A stretch of DNA of 63,446 bases, the filler included. It is 7 parts of 7 records of this genome, joined end to end, with 100 filler letters (N's around TTAATTAATTAA, not from the genome) between each part and the next. Parts side by side here need not be neighbours in the genome. Positions count along the whole stretch, not along the records: positions 16,874 to 26,194 come from SRR31156797_42949; positions 26,295 to 33,904 come from SRR31156797_42956; 5 more parts are not named here. One strand, written 5' to 3'. The notes below the pieces were generated by a model, which was not told where the DNA came from, ran no database searches, and worked only from the letters and a program-made list of their open reading frames with translations. Below are positions 18,956 through 28,420 of the stretch, piece after piece. Every line of letters begins with the position of its first letter. Position 1 is the stretch's first letter. A program made the position numbers and the translations under genes.

Positions 18956-20476
18956 ATGGAGAAAGAGTCTTACCATGTAATGTTCGTGGATGATGACAGG
19001 GACTTTCTGGATTCCATGAAAATAACGGTTTTCTCCAAGCTGACCCCGGAAGGGGAATCCGAGCTGGAACTGCACTTTGTGGACACCCCCCATGAAGGGC
19101 TTGAATTTTTGTCCGAACTTTCGGACGAGAAAGAACAGGTGGCCCTGATTGTCAGCGACCAGCAAATGCCCAAACAAACGGGCATCGAATTTCTTGAAAA
19201 GAGCAAGGAATTTGCGCCCAAGGCGGTCAAAATGCTCCTGACGGGGTACGCCTCCCTGGACTCCGCCAGGTACGCCATAAACAACAACATCCTTGACCAG
19301 TACATCTCCAAACCCATCACGGATACGGATAATTTTATCGCCCTGATAAGAAATGCCATCAGCTCCTTTTATTTCAGGCATAAAAAAGAAAAAGCAGACC
19401 AGGAGGTCAAGCGATACGTTAAGGAGCTGGAGGCCGCCAATAAAAAGATAAAACGCATGCACAAGGCGGCGGAGAAAATCGCTTACCTTGCCCAGGGCTT
19501 CAAAATGCTTCATCTGGATGATGTATACGACCTGATCATGACCAAGCTGCCGGCGATCTTCGGGTCCCAGTACGCCTCCCTGTTCTTCCATGACCGTACG
19601 GAAAAGACCCTGAACATGGCCAGGAGCAACTACCTTGAAAAGGACTACACCTTACCGGTGGGTCCCGACTCACCCTCCCCAATGATGGTGGCCATTCGCG
19701 AAAACAGGGCCATCATTCTGCCCGCAACCAATGAGCCCCCCTATGAATTTCTCAAGAAAAAAAACCAGACGACCTCCTGCGTCATCATTCCCTTCCTGAT
19801 TGACGGCGAACACCTGACGGAAGAGATCCTCGGCAAATTTGACAAAATCGAAGGGGCATTGAACCTGGGCAACATTCAGGGGGAATATGGCGACGAGATA
19901 CTGGAATACTCGGCCACCCTGATCCAGCATATTATCGGTATCAACCTGTTCAATGCCCACCGGTATCAGGAGACCCACAAACTGGCCCTGATCGACGGCC
20001 TGACCGGCCTGTACAACAAGGTCACCCTGTCCGCCTTTCTTTCCAAAGAGTGTGAAATCCATGAACGAAACAACACCCGGTTCTGCTTTGCCATTTTTGA
20101 CCTGGACAATTTCAAGGCCGTCAATGACAACCATGGGCACCTGACCGGAGACAAGGTCCTGAAAAAGGTGGGCGAGATTTTCAGGAAAGAGAGCCGCAAA
20201 TCGGACATCGTGGCACGCTTTGGCGGAGAAGAATTCGCGGTTATTCTGGTCGGCATCACCAATGAGAATGCCTTGATCTACCTGAACAGGGTACGCCAGG
20301 CAGTGAGCACCAGCAAGTTCCCCGGCGCCATCAGAATAACGGTAAGCATCGGCTTTTCCCAGTATAAGCCTGCCAGCGGAGATTCCATGGAGCAACTGAT
20401 CAACCGGGCGGACGCCGCGTTGTATCAGGCAAAGGCAAACGGGAAAAACAGAGTGGAGGAATATTGGAAAACATGA
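18956..20476 (+). CDS. REC-GAF-GGDEF diguanylate cyclase
   Basis: VDDD, VSDQQMP receiver; DGLTGLYN, DLDNFK, RKSD I-site, RFGGEEF. Confidence 0.93.
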   Translation: MEKESYHVMFVDDDRDFLDSMKITVFSKLTPEGESELELHFVDTPHEGLEFLSELSDEKEQVALIVSDQQMPKQTGIEFLEKSKEFAPKAVKMLLTGYASLDSARYAINNNILDQYISKPITDTDNFIALIRNAISSFYFRHKKEKADQEVKRYVKELEAANKKIKRMHKAAEKIAYLAQGFKMLHLDDVYDLIMTKLPAIFGSQYASLFFHDRTEKTLNMARSNYLEKDYTLPVGPDSPSPMMVAIRENRAIILPATNEPPYEFLKKKNQTTSCVIIPFLIDGEHLTEEILGKFDKIEGALNLGNIQGEYGDEILEYSATLIQHIIGINLFNAHRYQETHKLALIDGLTGLYNKVTLSAFLSKECEIHERNNTRFCFAIFDLDNFKAVNDNHGHLTGDKVLKKVGEIFRKESRKSDIVARFGGEEFAVILVGITNENALIYLNRVRQAVSTSKFPGAIRITVSIGFSQYKPASGDSMEQLINRADAALYQAKANGKNRVEEYWKT

Positions 20477-21468
20477 CCCATGACACCGCCTTTTGTCCGG
20501 AACACACAATGAGACGCAAAATTGGGCTGGTTTTCATTCTTATGGTCGCTGCATCTGTTTTGTTGATGGGAGAGGCCTCGGCCCATAGAACGAAACATGT
20601 CAAAATCGCCATGGTCTTATGGCGGGGCGAAACCCAGGCGGAAAAAGGCTTTAAAAGCAGGATGCTTGCATCCAGAAAGTACAGGGTCGAATTTACCATC
20701 TTCGATGCGGCCCAGGATAAAAACAAACTGGAACAGATCATTGGGGAGCTCGATACCAACTGGTATCACCTGATCTATTCATTCGGCACAACGGTGACCA
20801 AGCAGCTCAAGCACCGGATAACCGACCTGCCCATCGTGTTCAACATCGTGTCAAGGCCGGTAAAGGCAAACATTATTGACAGCTGGGACAACTCCGGCTG
20901 CAATGTTGTGGGCGCCTCCAATGCGGTGCCCATGGCAAGCGCCTTCCAGACATTGAACAAGGTCCTGTACATCGGGCGGCTGGGATTTGTTTACAACCCG
21001 CTGGAGGCCAATTCAAGAATCCAGCGGGATGAAGTCAAAAAGCTGGAAAAGCAATTCGGATACAAAATGGTCGATCTTCCCATCCCAAACTGCCAATCGA
21101 TACCCATGGTGATTCAAAAGGCGGTAAACAGCAACGTGGATGCCGTTTTGCTGCCTTCGGACTCCCTGGTCAAAGCCCGCGCCGATCAGATCATTCCCCC
21201 CCTGAATGAATCCAAGATCCCCACCATTGTCTCCATCCCCGGGATGGTCACGGAGAACGCGGCCTTTGTCGGCCTGGGTCCCGATTACTTCCAGCTCGGC
21301 ACTCTGGCGGCCGACAAGGCCCTGGCCATCCTTGACGGCAAGAAACCGTGGGAACTGTCCTCAACCCCCCTTGACCGGCTTCATATGACCGTCAACCTCA
21401 GTACGGCAAAACAGATCGGGGTGACCCTCCCCATTCAGCTGCTGCGCATCTCGACCATCGTGCGATAA
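20473..21468 (+). CDS. ABC-type substrate-binding protein (orphan)
   Basis: Signal peptide; LPIVFNIV, YNPLEANS, GPDYFQLG, VNLSTAKQIG; ATGA overlap with the DGC stop. Confidence 0.85.
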   Translation: MTHDTAFCPEHTMRRKIGLVFILMVAASVLLMGEASAHRTKHVKIAMVLWRGETQAEKGFKSRMLASRKYRVEFTIFDAAQDKNKLEQIIGELDTNWYHLIYSFGTTVTKQLKHRITDLPIVFNIVSRPVKANIIDSWDNSGCNVVGASNAVPMASAFQTLNKVLYIGRLGFVYNPLEANSRIQRDEVKKLEKQFGYKMVDLPIPNCQSIPMVIQKAVNSNVDAVLLPSDSLVKARADQIIPPLNESKIPTIVSIPGMVTENAAFVGLGPDYFQLGTLAADKALAILDGKKPWELSSTPLDRLHMTVNLSTAKQIGVTLPIQLLRISTIVR

Positions 21469-21511
21469 CCGTTTAGGCCGCAATATCAACCGAACGTCAG
21501 AAAAAAGAGGC

Positions 21512-22480
21512 ATGCATATGGAATTTACAATCATTCAGGCAGTGCTTCCGTCCTTTGCCGTTGCCGCCCTGGGATATTTGTATTCGGTAAAGGACGCAAC
21601 CCTGGATACCCGGAGCATCGCAGATCTTATTTACTATATCTTCTCCCCCTGCCTTGTTTTTTCCTCCCTGTCCAAAAGAAGCTTTCACTTCAAGGAATTC
21701 ATGCTGATCGGCATCTCCGTCACCATCCTGATTCTGGGAATGATGCTCATTGTCTTTATTTACATGAAAGTACATAAGATAGAAAAAAAAGGGTTCTATC
21801 TTCCCATCATCTTCATGAACACCGGCAACATCGCATTGCCCATGGCCCTGCTCCTTTACGGCAACGAGGGGTTGTCAAAGGCCATCATTTTTCACCTTGT
21901 CAATGTGATGTTTCTGTATTCCGTGGGCGTATTCCTGGTGAGCAAAAAAATCAACCTCAAGGATTTTTTTAAAATTCCCTTCCTTTACGCGGCCATTCTG
22001 GGCGTACTGGTTTCCATGTCTCCGGTGACGGTGCCGGAGAACCTGGGAAAATACCTGTCCCTTATGGCCAGGGGAATCGACATCCTCGCCAAGGGCGCCA
22101 TTCCCCTGCTGATCCTGAGCCTGGGCTATTCCATCAACCGAACCAGCCTGCCGGACCTGAAACACGGACTGGCAGGGGCCTGGCTCCGTGTTATCCTGGG
22201 CCCGGCCATGGCCGTGGGCCTGATCCTGCTTTTCCGGTACATCGGGTGGACCGCTCCCCTGCACAGCTATTACAACATTGCCCAGGACATCCGGACAACC
22301 GAGGCGGTGATCATTCTCATGGCTTCCATGCCGGCCCCCATAACGAGCTTTCTTTTGAATGAAAAATTTGACAACTGCCCTGAACAGGCCGCGTCCATGG
22401 TACTTGCGGGAAGCCTTACCGGTGTGTTTTCGATTCCGTTTGTACTGGCACTGTCTCAAAAATTCCTTTTCCCCCATTAA
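21512..22480 (+). CDS. AEC (auxin efflux carrier) family transporter
   Basis: YIFSPCLVF, NTGNIALP, AIPLLILSLG, ASMPAP; multiple hydrophobic segments. Confidence 0.88.
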   Translation: MHMEFTIIQAVLPSFAVAALGYLYSVKDATLDTRSIADLIYYIFSPCLVFSSLSKRSFHFKEFMLIGISVTILILGMMLIVFIYMKVHKIEKKGFYLPIIFMNTGNIALPMALLLYGNEGLSKAIIFHLVNVMFLYSVGVFLVSKKINLKDFFKIPFLYAAILGVLVSMSPVTVPENLGKYLSLMARGIDILAKGAIPLLILSLGYSINRTSLPDLKHGLAGAWLRVILGPAMAVGLILLFRYIGWTAPLHSYYNIAQDIRTTEAVIILMASMPAPITSFLLNEKFDNCPEQAASMVLAGSLTGVFSIPFVLALSQKFLFPH

Positions 22481-22494
22481 TAAGGACAAGCCCC

Positions 22495-23583
22495 ATGGAG
22501 ATGACTCCCACAACCGATGTCGAAGCCCTGCAAACCCAGCTGGCCGATTACCTGAAGGTGCATGACGCCTACGCCGGAATCGTCAAAGCAAAAACCCATG
22601 AGAAAAGGGAAAAGCTGGTCTGCGACCTGTTTGTCGCCCATGCCCATGCCCGCATAACCGGCCTGTTTCTCCTGAACCGGAAGAACGGGTACTTCCATTT
22701 CAGGGCCGCTGCCGGGAAAAGCAACGCCATGTTCACCGAAAGTTACCTGGGGTTCGATCCCGGCGAGATCGTTCAGCAGATTGCTCCGTTGAACGGCACG
22801 GCCCCGGAAATGCTGGGCCTTGAGACCAACCTGGACCTTTGTAAATTCAAGGGCAGGCATGTTTACCTCGCTCCCATAAAAGGGAGGGCCGGGGTATACG
22901 GGATTCTGCTGCTTGAACTGAAAAACGCCTATGAAACCCTGGAACCGCGGCAAAAAGATCTGATCCGACTGCTTCTCCACCTGGCCTGCCCGTTTGTGGA
23001 AGGATTTGTGGAGAACCGGCATCTCGAAGAAAAGGCGCGCGCCCTGAAACTCCTGTACGACGTGGCCAGCCGATTGAACGGAATCCGTGACGAAGACCTG
23101 TTGCTGGACAATATCCTCGAGCTGATAGATCTTCATCTCCGGATCGACCGATGCTCACTGATGATTCTGGATCCCCGGAAGAATGCCCTCTGCATCAAAA
23201 AAGCGGTCGGCATGGATAACGTGGATATCTCCCGGATCAGGGTCCCGGTGGGGGAAGGCATCGCGGGCTATGTGGCTGCGGGCACCCGGCCGTTGCTGAT
23301 AAGGGATATTTCCACCGAACCCCATCTGGTTCGCCGGGGAAGGCGGAAAAACCAATACACGACCAATTCCCTTCTCAGCGTACCCCTTGTGGCAGAGGGA
23401 AAAGTGATCGGCGTGATCAATGTGAACAACCGCAAAGACGGCCTTCCCTTTACGGAAGAGGACCAGGCGCTGCTGACCGCCATTGCCTCGGAAATCGCCC
23501 TCGTGCTGCAGCGGTCCTATATGAAACTGCTGCTCAAAAAGAATAAAACCCTGGATAAGGACATCAACCGGTTCATGGTCTGA
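22495..23583 (+). CDS. GAF-domain protein without output domain
   Basis: GEGIAGYVA, SLLSVPL..EGKVIGVINVNN, PFTEED; ends shortly after the GAF. Confidence 0.85.
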   Translation: MEMTPTTDVEALQTQLADYLKVHDAYAGIVKAKTHEKREKLVCDLFVAHAHARITGLFLLNRKNGYFHFRAAAGKSNAMFTESYLGFDPGEIVQQIAPLNGTAPEMLGLETNLDLCKFKGRHVYLAPIKGRAGVYGILLLELKNAYETLEPRQKDLIRLLLHLACPFVEGFVENRHLEEKARALKLLYDVASRLNGIRDEDLLLDNILELIDLHLRIDRCSLMILDPRKNALCIKKAVGMDNVDISRIRVPVGEGIAGYVAAGTRPLLIRDISTEPHLVRRGRRKNQYTTNSLLSVPLVAEGKVIGVINVNNRKDGLPFTEEDQALLTAIASEIALVLQRSYMKLLLKKNKTLDKDINRFMV

Positions 23584-23591
23584 TCCGTAAG

Positions 23592-24332
23592 TTATATTTT
23601 TCCATAGAGGAATTTTGGGATGTAGTACTTTCGTTTGTTCAAAACCGTGCCGATCACCTGAACGCCCGCGGCCGACATCTTTTCCACAACCGATTGCACC
23701 ACCCCCCATTTGGTGCTTTCCGCTTCAACCACAATGACGATGCCGTCAAAATTGCTTGCGATCATGACGGAATCGGAGGATCCGATCAGGGAATTGCCGT
23801 CAAAGATGAGGTAGTCAACCCCCTCCAGCAAACGGGAATTGATCTTTTTCAACCGGTTCCCCCCCACCAGGTTGGGCCTGCCGGCCTCCGGGGCCCCGAA
23901 CGGCGCAAGGAATAGATTCTTATAGCGGGTCTCCCGGATCACGGCCCCGGCAGCCTCCGGGGCCTGGAACAGGTTAATCAGGCCGGGATTTTCTTCAACA
24001 TTGAAAAGCCGGTGGAGAACAGGGGCCCGGGGATTGCCGTCCACGAGCAATACCCTTGCATTGGCGTTGATGGTCAGGGCAAACGCCATATTGATGGCGG
24101 CCAGGGTCTTTCCTTCGCCATTGAAGCAACTGGAGATATAGATGGTTTTCACGTCCATGCCTTCAGGCCTGTTGCAGAACAGGTTGCTTTCAACCATGGA
24201 CAGCTCTTGAAAATTTGAAAAAAGCCGGTCCTCAAATTCCCTGGACAGGCCCGGCAGATCCCGGTTCTCTTCCATGTAATGTTTGGAAAGGATACGGCCT
24301 TTGGGCCCCCTGTGATGTTTGAACCATCCCAT
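23592..24332 (-). CDS. CpsD/CapB-family polysaccharide tyrosine-kinase domain protein
   Basis: SSCFNGEGKT Walker A, LLVDGNPR, VIGTVLNKRKYYIP. Confidence 0.88.
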   Translation of the reverse strand: MGWFKHHRGPKGRILSKHYMEENRDLPGLSREFEDRLFSNFQELSMVESNLFCNRPEGMDVKTIYISSCFNGEGKTLAAINMAFALTINANARVLLVDGNPRAPVLHRLFNVEENPGLINLFQAPEAAGAVIRETRYKNLFLAPFGAPEAGRPNLVGGNRLKKINSRLLEGVDYLIFDGNSLIGSSDSVMIASNFDGIVIVVEAESTKWGVVQSVVEKMSAAGVQVIGTVLNKRKYYIPKFLYGKI

Positions 24333-24348
24333 GCCTCGACTCCTTTGG

Positions 24349-25425
24349 TCAATGGGCCCCCCGGGCCTGGATCACCGCTGCAAATGTCTGCCACAGGATT
24401 TTGAGGTCCAGCATCCAGCTCTGGCGTTCAATATATTCGATATCCAGCTCGACACGTTCCTCAAAGTCCAGGTCGCTGCGGCCACTGACCTGCCACAACC
24501 CGGTGAGTCCGGGCCGGATCTCCAGCCGCTCCGTTTGCCACAGCTGATAGGTATCGGCCGTGAACGAGGTGGGCCGGGGCCCAACCAGGCTCATGTCCCC
24601 CAAAATGATGTTGAGCAATTGCGGCAATTCATCCAGGCTGGACCGTCTCAAGAAACGGCCGACCCTTGTTATGCGGGGATCGTCGGTGATTTTAAAGTCC
24701 GGCCAGGTCAGTTCGTTCAAATGGGCATATTTCTGTTTCAATTCTTCCGCGTTTGCCACCATGGTTCTGAACTTGAACATTCGAAACCGTTGACCGTTCC
24801 TGCCGGTGCGCTCCTGGGGGAAGAAAACAGGACCGGGGGAATCCAGCCGTACCGCCACTGCGATGACCAGAAACAGGGGCAGCGCCACGGGCATGACCAG
24901 CAGGCAGATGAGAAGATCGAACAACCGTTTGGAAAAGATGAAGCCCTTTCTGAACAATCCGCTTTGGAAGCTCCGGATCACAATGGGCACGTCAACATGT
25001 CTTTCAGGGATATACCGCTCCGCATCGGAAGAGTGCCGGCACCGGCGAAGATGAACCCCGACGCGAAGAAGCAATTCCTGGGGGTTATAGGGTTTTATGA
25101 TAAAATCATCGGCCCCGGCCCCAAACCCCTTCAGCTTGTCTTCCAGGGTGGGGGACGACGTCAACAGCAGGACCGGCAGATACAGGTTCCGTCCCTTTTG
25201 ACGAATCTGCGCCAGTGTTTCATACCCGTCCATATCCGGCAGATTTACATCCATGAGAACGATACCGGGATGCCACAGGCTGATGGCTTCCAGGGCGCTC
25301 TTTCCGTCCCGGACCGCTTTAACCGCATATCCCGCGTCTGTCGCCACCCCGGTCATATAGTTCCGTTGGAAGAGGTCATCGTCCACCACCAGGATTCTTC
25401 CTTTGCTTTCAAGGGTTGCTTCCAT
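24349..25425 (-). CDS. Receiver domain fused to bacterial sugar transferase (priming glycosyltransferase)
   Basis: ILVVDDD..LMDVNLPDMDG..KPY followed by KRLFD, FKFRTM, DDPRIT, LDELPQ, GDMSLVGPRP, PGLTGLWQV. Confidence 0.92.
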   Translation of the reverse strand: MEATLESKGRILVVDDDLFQRNYMTGVATDAGYAVKAVRDGKSALEAISLWHPGIVLMDVNLPDMDGYETLAQIRQKGRNLYLPVLLLTSSPTLEDKLKGFGAGADDFIIKPYNPQELLLRVGVHLRRCRHSSDAERYIPERHVDVPIVIRSFQSGLFRKGFIFSKRLFDLLICLLVMPVALPLFLVIAVAVRLDSPGPVFFPQERTGRNGQRFRMFKFRTMVANAEELKQKYAHLNELTWPDFKITDDPRITRVGRFLRRSSLDELPQLLNIILGDMSLVGPRPTSFTADTYQLWQTERLEIRPGLTGLWQVSGRSDLDFEERVELDIEYIERQSWMLDLKILWQTFAAVIQARGAH

Positions 25426-26194
25426 GGCCGCCCCCACCCGGCGCCTGCTGCTCGAGCTCACTTTGCGCGTGATCCATCAACCCGTTCAGGGTCACGGCAT
25501 TCTCAGGAAATAATGACAGGCCGCAATGGAGGTCAATTTCCAGGTCCTCCAGGGCCTGTTCCTTCACCTTATCGAGAAGCGCCCGGGCATCTTCCCCGGA
25601 GGTCTCCGGCAGCAGCACCACCAGCTCGTCCCGTTTAATGACAACAAGATCCGTATCCCTCAGGTTTTCAGAATAGATTTTGGCCAGCCGTGCCTGGACG
25701 TACCGTGTTGAAAACCCCTTCAGCATCTCCAGCAGCATTTTGTTGGATGCCTGTTTGGCCGGGTCGATCCCAGCCCGGATGATCATCAGGGACAAGGGAT
25801 GGTGAAATCTTCGGCAGCGCTTGACTTCCCGGTACAGATCCTCCGTGTCCGTGGTATCGTACAGCCGGGGCGGCAGACCGATCTGCTGAAAGGTCAAGTT
25901 TGAGATGGTCTTTTCAAAATCGGAGACAATGATACTGATTTTTTTCGCAAACCCGTAGGTGATGCCGATACAGCCGATTTCCGTAATCGTGATCGACAGG
26001 TTCAGCCCCAGGACCGGGTACCCGAAGAGCATTTTCAACAGCAAAAAGACCGCCAGCAGTATCACCATGATCAGGGCTTCCGACAGTTTCAAAAAAAGCT
26101 TTGCCCCGAACAGCAGCGCCATGGCCATCAGGGGAGCGAAGACATAGACTACGCTTGCCAGGTTAACGGTTTCCGTCAATCGTTCAATATTGAA
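25409..26194 (-). CDS. Membrane protein with degenerate GGDEF domain (PelD-like c-di-GMP receptor candidate), 5'-truncated
   Basis: Hydrophobic N-terminus; EVKRCRRFHHPLSL, RDTD (RxxD) and VLLPET present, GG(D/E)EF absent. Confidence 0.75.
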   Translation of the reverse strand, partial: FNIERLTETVNLASVVYVFAPLMAMALLFGAKLFLKLSEALIMVILLAVFLLLKMLFGYPVLGLNLSITITEIGCIGITYGFAKKISIIVSDFEKTISNLTFQQIGLPPRLYDTTDTEDLYREVKRCRRFHHPLSLMIIRAGIDPAKQASNKMLLEMLKGFSTRYVQARLAKIYSENLRDTDLVVIKRDELVVLLPETSGEDARALLDKVKEQALEDLEIDLHCGLSLFPENAVTLNGLMDHAQSELEQQAPGGGGHGSNP

Positions 26195-26294
26195 NNNNNN
26201 NNNNNNNNNNNNNNNNNNNNNNNNNNNNNNNNNNNNNNTTAATTAATTAANNNNNNNNNNNNNNNNNNNNNNNNNNNNNNNNNNNNNNNNNNNN
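26195..26294. other. Artificial contig spacer
   Basis: N-run with TTAATTAATTAA. Confidence 0.98.
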
Positions 26295-26481
26295 ACCCAA
26301 CAATGACTCTCGCCAAAGGCGCATTTTTTTACAAAATGGAAGGTGCAAACTAACCCGTTAAAACAAGAGTTTATGGCTGTCAGAATACGAAATCTCTTTA
26401 AAAAACATAACTCATTGATATTCATGAATCGAAGCTCATTTTGACCAACGTAATTACCGAGTTTTTGGCGGTTCTATGTCG

Positions 26482-26709
26482 TTATTTGTTTCGTCCTCTT
26501 CGACCCTTTCCCCTTCCTTGACCTCCTTGCCTCATGTTTATGCCTGTAAACGGTGAACGAACAGACTGCCCAGTCACCATTTTAAATAAGTACATGAGAA
26601 AAATAACAGGCCAAAAAATTGCCAGTCCGACACTACTACCTACCGAGATGTTACGGCTGTTTATATAGTATATAAAAACAGCTACTGCGATGACTAAATA
26701 CAATATCAT
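26482..26709 (-). CDS. Small membrane hypothetical protein
   Basis: Two hydrophobic helices and a basic tail; AAGGA-like RBS. Confidence 0.6.
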   Translation of the reverse strand: MILYLVIAVAVFIYYINSRNISVGSSVGLAIFWPVIFLMYLFKMVTGQSVRSPFTGINMRQGGQGRGKGRRGRNK

Positions 26710-26960
26710 TATTCGTTCCTTTAATTTTCAGAAGGTCTTTTTTGAATATAATCATACCGCAAACAAGCGGACTTATCTTCGAAGAGACTTCCTTTTTTAA
26801 GGCTTTTTTCCATATGTGCTTCGATATTTAATTTGATTGTGCTCGTTCGAAGGAACTAAAAGCAAGATAAATTTCTGAAATGATAGAACACGAATTATGC
26901 GGGGAGGGGGGGCTGAATTTTGAGCGTTATAAACCATAGTTTTTTGGCGGATAGGTTCTC

Positions 26961-26996
26961 AAAAAAAAGCCTCCCGCAGAGGCAGGAGGCTTTTTT
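26961..26996. terminator. Rho-independent terminator after the ABC permeases
   Basis: A8-GCCTCC..GGAGGC-T6. Confidence 0.85.
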
Positions 26997-27015
26997 AATT
27001 TCTCAGGTACAAATA

Positions 27016-27684
27016 CTACAACTTCATTTCTCCGGTAGAGAATTTCTTTTCCAATATGTTGGAAAGCTGAATCAACGGATAACACACTACAAAGTATAAT
27101 ATCCCAACAAGCCCAAAGACCATAATCCCTTCTGGCACGCGTTGGACAGTGAGCCATCCGGCACGGGTGATATCTGTCAATCCGATAACCGAGACGATGG
27201 ATGAATCCTTGATGAGCAATACATACTGCCCGACAAGAGCTGGTAATGCCATGCGTAATGCCTGTGGCAACACCACGAGAATCATCGCCTGGTTTCGCGT
27301 GTGCCCCAGAGAGCGGCAGGCCTCTTCCTGACCTGACGGAACAGCTTGAATGGACGCAGACACGATCTCACAGATGTAGGACCCTGCATAGATGGTCAGA
27401 CTGACCACCGCCGCAGTGAGGGCTTCCATCTGCAATCCGAATTCCGGCAGGATGAAGAAGATGATGAATAGTTGGACAAGGAATGGTGTGCCGCGCATAA
27501 AATCAACATAGATTGAAAGAATGCGCGACATGAATGTGCCTTCGTTGGAACGCAGAATGCCGGTGATGACACCAATAATGGTGCCGCCGACAAGACTGAG
27601 GGCAGACACTGCCACAGTAACACCCATGCCTTTGTAAAACATGGGCATACTGTTCATGAGTTGGTCAAAATAAAATCCCCACAT
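27016..27684 (-). CDS. Polar amino-acid ABC permease
   Basis: RGTPFLVQ, GQEEACRSLG, LPQA, IKDSS. Confidence 0.93.
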   Translation of the reverse strand: MWGFYFDQLMNSMPMFYKGMGVTVAVSALSLVGGTIIGVITGILRSNEGTFMSRILSIYVDFMRGTPFLVQLFIIFFILPEFGLQMEALTAAVVSLTIYAGSYICEIVSASIQAVPSGQEEACRSLGHTRNQAMILVVLPQALRMALPALVGQYVLLIKDSSIVSVIGLTDITRAGWLTVQRVPEGIMVFGLVGILYFVVCYPLIQLSNILEKKFSTGEMKL

Positions 27685-27687
27685 GGC

Positions 27688-28356
27688 TTATGCGCTCCTG
27701 AAGCGCGTCATGCGCATTTGGTAGTATTTGGTCAGTCCCTTGAGTACATAGTAGACGAGCAGGTAGAGGACGGCCACAGTCAGGAAGGCTTCGGACGGCA
27801 TGAATCGCTCGGAGTTGAGCATCTGTCCGGCGCGTGTCAGTTCCATCACCGAGATGAGGGATAACACAGCGGAGTCCTTGACCAACACGATGGCCTGCCC
27901 GAGCATCGGAGGCAATGTGTTGGCAAGAGCCTGAGGCAGAATGACGTAGAAAAACCGTTGATAGACGTTGAATCCTTGTCCCATGGCGGCTTCAACCTGT
28001 CCGGCTGGAATACCTTTGATTCCGGCACGCAGGATTTCAGCCACGTATGCCCCGGAGTTGAAGGAGAGAGCCACGATGCCGGTTGTCAGTTCATTGACCT
28101 GAATACCGAGGGAAGGAAGTCCGAAGTAAAGAAAATAAAGTTGAGCCAGCAGGGGAGTGGACCGGATGACTTCGATGAAGGCAATGGCCGGGGCTGCAAG
28201 CAATTTGATTCCTGAAATTCTGCAGGCACAGGCAATCATGCCCACGATGAGTGAGCCAATGATGCCGACCAACGAAATCCAGGCAGTATGGTACAGCCCC
28301 TCCATGAACAGGGGCATGTACTCCCAGATGATGCGGAAGTTGAAATATTCGAGCAT
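27688..28356 (-). CDS. Polar amino-acid ABC permease
   Basis: RSTPLLAQ, AYVAEILRAGI, GQVEAA, VKDSA; likely start MLEYFNF. Confidence 0.93.
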   Translation of the reverse strand: MLEYFNFRIIWEYMPLFMEGLYHTAWISLVGIIGSLIVGMIACACRISGIKLLAAPAIAFIEVIRSTPLLAQLYFLYFGLPSLGIQVNELTTGIVALSFNSGAYVAEILRAGIKGIPAGQVEAAMGQGFNVYQRFFYVILPQALANTLPPMLGQAIVLVKDSAVLSLISVMELTRAGQMLNSERFMPSEAFLTVAVLYLLVYYVLKGLTKYYQMRMTRFRSA

Positions 28357-28420
28357 GTGCGACGAATCCGTATGAAGATGCGCCATGCCTCGTGAAGAGA
28401 CATGGCGCAGCAATTACGGT

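Noticed and set aside
24319-25638. Long antisense ORFs (also 34533-35930, 44627-45664, 7990-8919, 2991-3893)
   Set aside because: Shadow frames opposite well-supported genes in GC-rich DNA, with no recognisable motifs.
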